Assembly (NCBI GenBank): GCA_964247055.1
Contig: OZ176056.1
Location: 3,906,001-3,970,000, forward strand
Reading direction: 5' to 3'
Length of the DNA: 64,000 bases
Source: Paragordius varius
Taxonomy: Eukaryota; Animalia; Nematomorpha
Positions 27,190 to 37,257 of the stretch are shown one piece after another (the stretch's first letter is position 1; each line of letters starts with the position of its first letter). The position numbers and the translations under genes are program-made. Below the pieces are notes generated by a model that did not search any database, had not been told where the DNA came from, and worked only from the letters and a program-made list of their open reading frames with translations.

Positions 27190-27980
27190 ATAATTCAGGA
27201 ATTATCTAGTCAAATATCTAAAATTTTACTAGTTGGTTCTCATTATCAAATTATAAATTGCACAAAATAAAGTCGAAATGTCATGCAATGCGATAAAAAT
27301 TACGTTCTATATTTAAAATGACATGAATCCCTATTATCAAATTGAAAATAGAGTGGAATTTTCTCATTCTGAATTAAAAAGTATCACAAAAAGTGATTTA
27401 TCTTTATGGCTAATGAGTGAATATCACCAAAAAACTTAAATCTAGGAATATATTTCATAGTGTGGTTAAAGGTTAAAAATCTTTATTTGGGCAATATATT
27501 AATTTTAAGTTTGATCTATGCGTTTAAATAATATAAGCACGTTTTAAAGGTTAAGAGCTGTTTAAATTGAATTCAGTTGTCATTTAAAAATTTTAACATT
27601 AAAGTAATAAAAAAATTATAAGTAAAATATATAGCACACGACACTTAATATTTCAAAAACTATATTAAAAGTATATAAAATTCGAAATTTACATAAAATT
27701 CAAATATATGCCTATTATTAACTTATTTATAATAATAAATATAATTATTACAATATAATGAAATAGTGGTGTGGACCTCAGGTGTTTTTTTCTCAAAAGC
27801 TTTATATATTTGTACCGGCTAAATTTTAATTTTAAAAATTTAAATCAAAATTCCTTCAGAAAAGTTAGAATATTGTAATAGGGTAGATAGAAAAACTAAA
27901 GCATATATAATGTTAATTTTATATTTCATTACAATTTAAGCTTTTTACAAAAATATTTTTAAAGACTGGTTCATTTATTG

Positions 27981-30480
27981 ATATACCATTTTTCATGCAA
28001 AAACATCATTTTTTCAACCAAATGCAACATTTTTTCAAGCAAACGCAACATTTTTTCAAGCAAACGCAACATTTTTTCAAGCAAAGACAACAATTTTTCA
28101 AGCAAACGCAACATTTTTTCAAGCAAAGACAACAATTTTTCAAGCAAACGCAACATATTTTCAAGCAAACGCAACAATTTTTCAAGCAAACGCAACATTT
28201 TTTCAAGCAATTACAACATTTTTTCAAGCAAATACAACAATTTTTCAAGCAAACGCAACATTTTTTTCAAGCAAATATAACAAATTTTTTGCACCAATTT
28301 TTTTGTCTTATGACAATTCTATAATTATTTATTCAATCTTAAATTAACGATTAGTGGAATTTTAGCGTTGAATTATTATATTTATTTTTTATTATAAAAT
28401 TATTAATGGTAAAATAATTTCCAAACATTTTAATTTTGCCCTAATATTCTATATATTTTATTTAGATCAACTTTATTTTAATATACAAACATATATTTTA
28501 AATATTTGACTTTTTTAATCTTTTAAATGTATAACCTATGAGTTTCAATATACACTTTTATGCAAACTACTTGCAAAAAATCGAAATAACTAATGCGAGA
28601 ATTATATATTATAAATTATATATATATGTAAAAATATTAATTTATTTTTTGATTAACAATATTAAATATGATTGTATGGGAGGCCCCCAGCAGCGTTTAC
28701 CATATTATTCATCATTTTATTAAAATACTGGTTACAATCATCAGATGTAATAGTTTTTACACCTTCTTCCAGGAGGTCACATATCTGCTGATTATTATTT
28801 GGGTCAGACAACCGCTGACGCACGTATAATTTAATTTTGGAGAACGAAAATTCAATAGGGTTAAGCATGTATGAGTACGGAGACAAGAAGTGACTGCCAT
28901 ACTCAAAACTAGATGCAAAATCCTTTATTGCATCTTTTTTATGGATAGTAGCATTATCCATAAAAAATATTATGTTAATATAATTATTCTCCTTTAGATA
29001 TTCGCATAAAGATATAAAAAATTCATTAAATATATTAGCATTAACGTTTCTCATTGTCTCAACTTTAAAATAAACATATCCTGTACGGCCCATGGCCCCA
29101 ATTAAGGTTATATTACGCCCCCTTGACATGGGGATAACAATGTTTGTCCTGGATCCTCGCTTCGATCTTCCTTGAGATCTGCGTAAATGATTATTCAATC
29201 CAGTTTCATCAATAAATATAATATGTGATGTGGTGGAAATGTTTTTTGTGTACCACAAACTATATTCTTTCCTTAAATTGATACTATTTGGATCATTTAC
29301 TTTATTAATTTCTCTGTGCGTTAATTTTAACGTTATTTTTAACTGAATTAACGCTCGATGGATACTAGAAAGAGATATATTAATATTTTTTTGTTCATAA
29401 ATTAATTGTCTGAGTTCTTTTAGGGTTGTTAGAGGATTAAGCTCAATTATATTTTCTATGAAATCGGTAATGTTTTGGTTTATTTTTAATATTCTTTGAC
29501 CACCACGAGGTTTATCGATAATTTCACCGGCGGTATTAAATTTAGAAACTAGGCTTCGAGCGGTGTTATAGTTGATTTCCAAATCAATAGATACGTTTTT
29601 TATACATTCACCATCAAAACACACCCTTTTGATCAATCTTGTTTTATCTTGAACAGTTATTTTTTTAGTATGATTATTTCTATAACATTAAAATATAATA
29701 TACTGTTTTGACAAATCCATGTACGTATTGAATAATTTTGAAAAAAACCAAGCAGACGAATTTTAAAGTTATAATGTAAATTATTTTTTAAAGATCTAAA
29801 CGCTTTTGTTATTATTTTCAGTATATATGAAAAATGCTTATTTTTTTACTGTTTTTATATTTCATTTGCATTTAATCGAAAATGACAAATATACTAACTT
29901 AAATTGAATCTCAGACTATAAGCTAGTTATTATATTGATTAGTTTGCGTAAAACATATAACTATTTATCTATTTTATCAATTAAAAATAAACTTAAAGGT
30001 TTATATACGTTTAAAAGATTAAAAAAGTCAAATATTTAAAATATATGTTTGTATATTAAAATAAAGTTGATCTAAATAAAATATATAGAATATTAGGGCA
30101 AAATTAAAATGTTTGGAAATTATTTTACCATTAATAATTTTATAATAAAAAATAAATATAATAATTCAACGCTAAAATTCCACTAATCGTTAATTTAAGA
30201 TTGAATAAATAATTATAGAATTGTCATAAGACAAAAAAATTGGTGCAAAAAATTTGTTATATTTGCTTGAAAAAAATGTTGTTTTTGCTTGAAAAATTGT
30301 TGCGTTTGCTTGAAAAAATGTTGTCTTTGCTTGAAAATATGTTGCGTTTGCTTGAAAAAATGTTGCGTTTGCTTTAAAAAATGTTGCGTTTGCTTGAAAA
30401 ATTGTTGTCTTTGCTTGAAAAAATGTTGCGTTTGCTTGAAAAAATGTTGCGTTTGCTTGAAAAAATGATGTTTTTGCATA
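27981..30480 (-). mobile_element. IS630-Tc1-mariner DNA transposon (element A) with ~550-bp inverted arms containing 21-bp tandem arrays
   Basis: Left arm ~27981-28535 is the reverse complement of ~30000-30480; outer parts are arrays of TTTTTCAAGCAAACGCAACAT; left terminus ATATACCATTTTTCATGC; right terminus lacks the last ~14 bp; transposase ORF lies between the arms. Confidence 0.9.
28662..29687 (-). CDS. DD34E transposase (IS630/Tc1-like); reading frame open but no in-frame ATG at its start
   Basis: HTH-type N-terminus (INYNTARSLVSKF..G; ISLSSIHRAL), catalytic IFIDETG, FMDNATIH and LSPYSYMLNPIE with 34 residues between the second D and E. Frame is open 29687-28662; nearest ATG (29688) is one base out of frame. 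Confidence 0.9.
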   Translation of the reverse strand, partial: CYRNNHTKKITVQDKTRLIKRVCFDGECIKNVSIDLEINYNTARSLVSKFNTAGEIIDKPRGGQRILKINQNITDFIENIIELNPLTTLKELRQLIYEQKNINISLSSIHRALIQLKITLKLTHREINKVNDPNSINLRKEYSLWYTKNISTTSHIIFIDETGLNNHLRRSQGRSKRGSRTNIVIPMSRGRNITLIGAMGRTGYVYFKVETMRNVNANIFNEFFISLCEYLKENNYINIIFFMDNATIHKKDAIKDFASSFEYGSHFLSPYSYMLNPIEFSFSKIKLYVRQRLSDPNNNQQICDLLEEGVKTITSDDCNQYFNKMMNNMVNAAGGLPYNHI

Positions 30481-30511
30481 TATATATAATAGGTATAAAT
30501 AAGTATTCTTA

Positions 30512-32274
30512 TATACCATTTTTCATGCAAAAACATCATTTTTTCAACCAAATGCAACATTTTTTCAAGCAAACGCAACATTTTTTCAAGCAAACGCAAC
30601 ATTTTTTCAAGCAAAGACAACAATTTTTCAAGCAAACGCAACATTTTTTAAAGCAAACGCAACATTTTTTCAAGCAAACGCAACATATTTTCAAGCAAAG
30701 ACAACATTTTTTCAAGCAAACGCAACATTTTTTCAAGCAAATACAACATTTTTTCAAGCAAACGCAACAATTTTTCAAGCAAACGCAACATTTTTTTACG
30801 CAACATTTTTTCATCCAACGACAACATTTTTTCAACCAAACGCAACAATTTTTCAAGCAAACGCAACATTTTTTCAACCAAAGGCAACAATTTTTCAAGC
30901 AAACGCAACATTTTTTCAACCAAACGCAACATTTTTTCAACCAAATACAACATTTTTTCATCCAAACGCAACATTTTTTCAAGCAAACGCAACATTTTTT
31001 CAACCAAAGGCAACAATTTTTCAAGCAAACGCAACATTTTTTCAACCAACGACAACATTTTTTCAAGCAAAAACAACAATTTTTTTAGAATAAAAAACCA
31101 TTTTTTTTATTTTAAGACATAATAAATTTAAAGTTAGTGTAAATTTTTAGCGTAGAATTGTGTTTTTTATTGTTTTATCATCAATATTTGATGGTATGAT
31201 TGATTTTCAAACATTTTAATTCAGCCCATAAATTGCATTATTTATTTATAAATATTTTTTTCTTTTACAATTTAAGTTTCACCTAATCAATCTATACTGC
31301 GCTTCAAGATTGTTCTTTTACATTTTAACTTAGTCCTAGAACACTTCAAGTTGATCCTTCAATATTTAATTTTGATTCTACGTTTATTAATGAGGCAATA
31401 AAATATTCCTTATTCAATCATTTAAACCTATTTTTTTATTTAATCTAAACCTTTAAGTGAAAACATTTCTTTCATAAGAACCGTATATCCTTATTATTTT
31501 CTATAAATTAATATTAAAAAATATCTATATTTTGTGGGTTATTGATGGTAATATTTAGTTTAAAACAATAATAAATTTATAATATTGATAAATTATAGAA
31601 AATTTTCAAACAAAGTTGTTTTACTATGAAAATATTAATTTTGATTCAAAAACTAATAAATAGAGATATTATATAGTTTAAATTTAAAAAATAGATAATT
31701 ACACACAAAAATAACGGTTGTATGGAAACTGCAAAAAATGTAAGGAATTTTAAGCGAAGGATAACTTTAAATTTTTAAAGAGAGTCTTAAAGCGCAAATG
31801 TATTGGATAAAAAAAATATTTATAAATAAATAATGCAATTTATGGTCTGAATTAAAATGTTTGAAAATCAATCATACCATCAAATATTGATGATAAAACA
31901 ATAAAAATCATAATTCTACGCTAAAATTAATTTACACTAACTTTAAATTTATTATGTCTTAAAATAAAAAAAATGGTTTTTTATTTTAAAAAAATTGTTG
32001 TTTTTGCTTGAAAAAATGTTGTCGTTGGTTGAAAAAATGTTGCGTTTGGATGAAAAAATGTTGCCTTTGGTTGAAAAAAAGTTGCGTTTGCTTGAAAAAA
32101 TGTTGCGTTTGCTTGAAAAATTGTTGTCTTTGCTTGAAAAAATGTTGCGTTTGCTCGAAAAAATGTTGTCTTTGCTTGAAAAAATGTTGCGTTTGCTTGA
32201 AAAAATGTTGAGTTTGGTTGAAAAAATGTTGCATTTGGTTGAAAAAATGATGTTTTTGCATGAAAAATGGTATA
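30512..32274. mobile_element. Non-autonomous foldback-type relative (element B) with ~750-bp inverted arms and 21-bp arrays
   Basis: TA|TATACCATTTTTCATGCAAAAAC ... GTTTTTGCATGAAAAATGGTATA|TA; arms ~30512-31260 and ~31800-32274; about 26 versus about 13 repeat units; no coding core. Confidence 0.9.
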
Positions 32275-32928
32275 TAATAATAATTTGTTTAGTATTTTAT
32301 GTTAAACGTGACGATGATTTTATGATTTAGGATGTAGGACATCCTATTTATATATTTATTTGTCATCATATTAAACTTAAAGATGCCAATTAAAAACGCA
32401 ATGCAAAAAAATCATTTTTTACCTTTTATATTAATCAATAATAGAGACCTAAGGTCTAACCCTTTCTCTATAATTTTAGGAAATAGTATGATGTAGGATG
32501 TCAATATTTTATAATCAAAATATGTTATTTTAGGGAGTATATTAAATGTTACCACTTTTTGAATTTCACTCAAAAAATAAATTATTTATGCTTTTAACTA
32601 AAATAGAATTACACCTCAGATTTTAACCATATTTTTTAGCAAAATGTATTTTTAATTTTTTTTTTAAAGTTAAATATAGTAAAATATGAACTAATCACAA
32701 TATTTTTTGCCTATTTTTCACTCAAAACTTGCATATTCATAGAAATAATATTGAGGTTTTCTATAGATAGATTGTTATCCACAACACAAACAAACACATT
32801 ATAAATAATTAATAAATAAATCCTAAATATATTTATTAGCCATGTTTCATCATTTTTACCCAATATCTCTGGTTTCATATTAAATTATACTTTTTTAACC
32901 TAAGTAAAAACCCATAAACTAATGTATA

Positions 32929-34293
32929 ATGGCAAACTGCGTAACATTTAACGATATAGACCGTTACCCTGATATAGCCTATAATGAATTTAATAAATAT
33001 GCCTATGTTGTCCTCTTTGTCCTTGGTTTATTCGGTAATTTTTATGGATTTCGTCTAATCGAATTCCAAATGAATCAGGCTTCGCCTAACTCAATTACGC
33101 CCATTCAATACAGACAAGGGGGCCTGGTGGTGAAAAAAAATTCATTTATTACTGGGTTCTCAAAGTTAAGCACTAACCAATACTTGTTAAAATGGTTTTA
33201 CCTGATAAATTTGATTAATACATTATTAATGGTACCTGCACCCATCCTTCAAATCATGGGAAACGCTGATAGAAATTTGATTTGGGGCACCCGAAGTTGG
33301 AACTTTTATTTGGCCCGTGTCAATTATCTTATTGCAAAAAGTTGGATAAGTTTTGGATTTTTGATTTACATCATATTCTTTGCTAATGAGTTAATTGCAC
33401 ATTTTAAACCGTTTGATTATCGGACGCTTGTTACAAGAAAACGTGTTAATTGGATTCTCATGATTTGTATTGTAGTGTGCTTCTTGTGGCACATTCCAAC
33501 CTTTTTCTGGATGAAAACTCAGATAGCTGATTTATGTGTTAGTAGGAATGACCTTTTAAACATCAAACAGAAACGAGGGTACCGATTTTTTCCACCTACC
33601 ATAAATTTCAATGCATCAAGTATTGCTGTGTGGTTCCATAGAACAGATCCACTTGGTACAAAATCACGGAAACTAAATATTCTTTCGAAAGCATATGAGA
33701 TTACCAAAGAGCTCTGCCTAAAAATCATACCCTTTCTTACCGTTTTCATAGCCAAACTCGTGTTGATTAATAAAAACAGAAAGGCCACGGCAACCATACA
33801 ATCCTACAGTAGTGTGGGTTTATCTAAAAGTCTTACAAACATTTCGGCAGCACAAGAAGTTGGAACCGGGAAGAAATCTAGTAACATTGGGCACGCCATT
33901 AAGCATAAATATAAAGCTAGCCTGAACGCTCTTGTAAATTTTGGACAGACACCGAATGCCCCTAATGTTAGTACACCCTCACCAAATGGCACATGGTATG
34001 CAAGGAAAAAGCAAAAAAACGCTGAAAATTTGAAAACTCTTGTAGTTTTATCGGTCGAATTCGTTTTCCTCTTGTTACCCGTATCATTGATTACTATGGT
34101 GTGGGATTTTATTGCCCCGCACTTGCCCGGAGGCTTAATTGCAACCTGGTTTATTTCTCTTAGTTTGCTGGAATACATTTACGTAACATGTACCTTTTAT
34201 ATCAATGTTCTATTCAATGGTTTATATAGAGAATTGGCTTTGAAATCCTTGAGACAAGATATTTCAATGATCAAAAATTGGTTTCATAGATGA
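32929..34293 (+). CDS. Divergent intronless class A (rhodopsin-like) GPCR, 454 aa; loosely FMRFamide/peptide-receptor-like
   Basis: Seven hydrophobic segments with TM1 LGLFGN, TM3 end ANELIAHFKPF (ERYIAVCHP-like), TM4 W/HIP, TM5 IIPF, TM6 EFVFLLLP, TM7 TFYINVLFNGLYRE (NFxIY..FR-like). Confidence 0.85.
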   Translation: MANCVTFNDIDRYPDIAYNEFNKYAYVVLFVLGLFGNFYGFRLIEFQMNQASPNSITPIQYRQGGLVVKKNSFITGFSKLSTNQYLLKWFYLINLINTLLMVPAPILQIMGNADRNLIWGTRSWNFYLARVNYLIAKSWISFGFLIYIIFFANELIAHFKPFDYRTLVTRKRVNWILMICIVVCFLWHIPTFFWMKTQIADLCVSRNDLLNIKQKRGYRFFPPTINFNASSIAVWFHRTDPLGTKSRKLNILSKAYEITKELCLKIIPFLTVFIAKLVLINKNRKATATIQSYSSVGLSKSLTNISAAQEVGTGKKSSNIGHAIKHKYKASLNALVNFGQTPNAPNVSTPSPNGTWYARKKQKNAENLKTLVVLSVEFVFLLLPVSLITMVWDFIAPHLPGGLIATWFISLSLLEYIYVTCTFYINVLFNGLYRELALKSLRQDISMIKNWFHR

Positions 34294-34924
34294 ATGATTT
34301 CTTCATTTAGCTCAAAAATATGTGCTTTAACACCAAAAATAGAATTTGTGATGCTATCCAAATCAATTAAATTGTAAAATGCAAAAAAATTGTGATAAAA
34401 ACTTTTATTACGTTAAGTGTTTCTTTCAATAAATGCCAAAATCATTGTTAAATATTATGGCGCTCATTTTTTATTACAATGGTTTCCGAAATATGAGCTT
34501 TAAAAGCCTAAAAAATCTTATTTTTTGAAAAAATTGCGATTCAAAATCTTTGCCATTTTTTTAACCAAGCCATAACGAACGCAAATCTTTTGAGATAAAA
34601 ATTGAATTGGTTTGTGCACTATTTATCTCACCCAATTAATATATCCATGTCTTATATGGTATTAAAGTAAAGCAAGTAATTTTTAGAGTATAAAATGCAT
34701 TTAATAGACCGATGAGGCTTATATTAAAATTTGAGATTTAGTTTACAATATAGTAAAAATATATAACAAAATTTAACCATAAATACACTAATATAAACCA
34801 TGCATATTAATTATAATGAGGCTAATACATGGATATAGACTGCGATCGAAATCAGGGGGTATAAAAAATAACTTGAGGTGGTGTCTTTAGTTTTGGCCCT
34901 TAACGAGTAACAAGTTATTGATAC

Positions 34925-35860
34925 TTTTGTGGTAAGTCCTCCATATCAGATAATGGCAAAATTTTCGCACATTATTTAAATAAATTTTTTCGTGAAAAAT
35001 TCTTCATTCCAAAAAATATCACTAAATATATTTCTATAAAAAGCGAAAAAAATATTTTTTTTAAAACTTTAATATTTAGATGTAAAGTCTTTAAGTCCCA
35101 TTCTTTTGCTCTTTTAAAATGAGCTATTCTCTTAAAAAACGGAAAAATGCCATGATCGCGGGATAAAAATATTAAATATATGCTAAATTTTGACATCAAA
35201 AAAGAATATTTATAAATGCATACTTTTTTAAAAAATTTAGCAATTGTTGAAGCGTATCTCCTACTATTTTCATGATGGAAACTGTTTGAAATTTCTTTTG
35301 GATATTATAATTGATGCTGAACATTTCTATTACTTCATGATTTAAAGGCTTTTTTACTTCAAGATTTTGCATTTTTATTAAAAAACTCAATTTAGTTTAA
35401 CATAAATTTAAAGATGATAAATTTTAATCAACACTCTGAAGTGATAGAAATGTTCGGCATCATTTAATTACCTAGTAAAAATGTTTTTTAGCATCTTAAA
35501 TTGTTATTATCTTCCCATCATGCCTCAAACTATTATTTAGGCTTCAGAAAAATCTGCTAAAAATTAGATTTTTTAATAAGTTAACATTTTTAAAAAATAT
35601 TTTTAATTCAAAATTTAATATATATTGAATCGCGCAATCGCGAGAGCCTCATTTTAAAACAGCGTAAAAATTTGGGACTTTCGGAGTCCACCTCCAAAAT
35701 ATAAAATTTTTAAAGATATAGTTTTATTTTTTTATAGGTAGTTTATATTATATTTTAATGATATTTTTTGGAATAAAGCATTTAACTTTCAAAAAAATTT
35801 TATTTAAAAAAATGTGCAAATTTTGCCATTTTCTGATACGGAGCTCCTACAAAAATGTTA
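34925..35860. repeat. ~950-bp imperfect palindrome centred near 35400
   Basis: Reverse complement of 34925-35390 aligns with 35420-35860 (e.g. GATATTTTTTGGAAT(G/A)AAG, TGTGC(G)AAA(A)TTTTGCCATT(A/T)TCTGATA(T/C)GGAG, TGAAGT(A/G)ATAGAAATGTTC(A/G)GCATCA). Confidence 0.75.
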
Positions 35861-36457
35861 ACTTTCTTATATCACACCCAAGGGCCAAAAGCGCCATGAT
35901 AATCCTGATACATTTTCTTATGATGTATATATATATATTTTAGCAGGTTTTGTGGACACTGTGTATATTGGCATCAGTTAATCATGAGTATATTAGTGAG
36001 TGGACCAAAAAATTATATTTATCTGTAATATGCAGATGTAAGCACCTCGTTTGTTATTTTTTGGGTAGCCAATATGTGGTTCTCCTCGACATTCTGTGGT
36101 CCCTGAAAAATTAAAAAATATCAAATAAATTTATATTTTATGTTTTAAATATTATTTTTACAAATTCTTGGTAACAGAATATGCTAAAAATAATATCAGT
36201 TTTCCCTTTTATTGCTGTCCTAGAAAAGTTTTAACTTTTGCTTTTTTGAAACATTGATTACACTGTAAAGGTAAATTAATTATTTAGGCCATTTACACTC
36301 CATTACCTTTAAGGGTAAAATGAATAAAATTTATAAGAATTATTCACACTTTAATTCTATTTTAATAAAATTTAGTTATAATAATTTTATTTTAAATATG
36401 TAATATTGTTGTTTTCCCTCATATTTTCATATTGTAATTATTTTGTGCCCATAACAT

Positions 36458-36697
36458 ATGTTCGCCAATATCGCTAAAAGAAACTTTTCTACGAGCCTTA
36501 AACGTTTAGGTGGCTACTCAAATGACAATGACGTAGTTGGATCAGTATAAATATTTTTTTTAATATCACTATAGAATTTGCCATTCAGCATAAAGAATCA
36601 TAGATTGTTGTGCCTGAAATTTACCATCTTTTTTGCGATCCCGTTCGGATTACCATTTTTTGTTTTGAGGCACCATATGTTACGCGGAACTAAATAA
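36458..36697 (+). CDS. COX7C: Cytochrome c oxidase subunit 7C (VIIc), mitochondrial precursor, 69 aa
   Basis: Exons 36458-36544 (MFANIAKRNFSTSLKRLGGYSNDNDVVGS, presequence-like) and 36575-36697 (NLPFSIKNHRLLCLKFTIFFAIPFGLPFFVLRHHMLRGTK*), matching the COX7C NLPFS...F..PFF.VRHQL signature; 30-nt GT-AG intron. Confidence 0.93.
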
Positions 36698-37257
36698 ATG
36701 TATTAAATAAATTATTTGCAGTTAATGAAATAAATTGATGAAAATTTATCTAAATTTTAATATATCTTATCTTAAAAATATTTTTTAAAAATCTATTTGA
36801 TACATTATAGTAGAATTTGCTTAACTTATTTCATATATTATTTTTTCCCTATCTTACATAAACTGCCTGAAATTAAGACTTTGATTAATAGGAAAAAATT
36901 ATAAACTTAATAATTTTATTGTTTTACCTTAAATTATATATTTCATATATGATGTTAAACATTTTAAATTTATTTTTACTACTCTCGATATTCCTAAGTA
37001 TGTTTTAGACCTTAATTTTTTTAAAAACACATTAATATTGATTTTTTCGTTATTTAATGTTTTAAAATCATATATATATTTTTACCTTAGACAGTGTCTG
37101 CTAAAAAATCAGTTATATGTTCTGATAAGAAAATGTATTAGGATTATCATGGTGGTTTTGGTTATGTCCCTTACTAAATTAATTGAGTTTCCGTAAAGGT
37201 CCAAGACCTACACCCAAATTGAACATACTTAAGAAAAGTGGCCAGTTGGGTCATCAG

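Noticed and set aside
27971-28324. Overlapping ORFs reading (LLEKMLR)n, (LKKCCVC)n, (FFKQTQH)n, (FSSKRNI)n; likewise at 30190-31088 and 31986-32330
   Set aside because: They are translations of a 21-bp repeat that lacks stops in five of six frames; the leucine-zipper-like and metallothionein-like appearance follows from 21 = 3 x 7 within transposon arms.
28006-32260. Regularly spaced repeats resembling a CRISPR array
   Set aside because: Units are contiguous with no unique spacers, no cas genes are present, and the context is a eukaryotic transposon.
33519-34178. Two minus-strand ORFs
   Set aside because: Antisense shadows of the GPCR coding sequence with no recognisable motifs.
35980-36110. 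GC-richer exon-like stretch on the minus strand upstream of COX7C (TTTTTCAG|GGACCACAGAATG...)
   Set aside because: All three frames close within ~40 codons and no upstream exon or homology could be assigned; may be UTR or promoter DNA.
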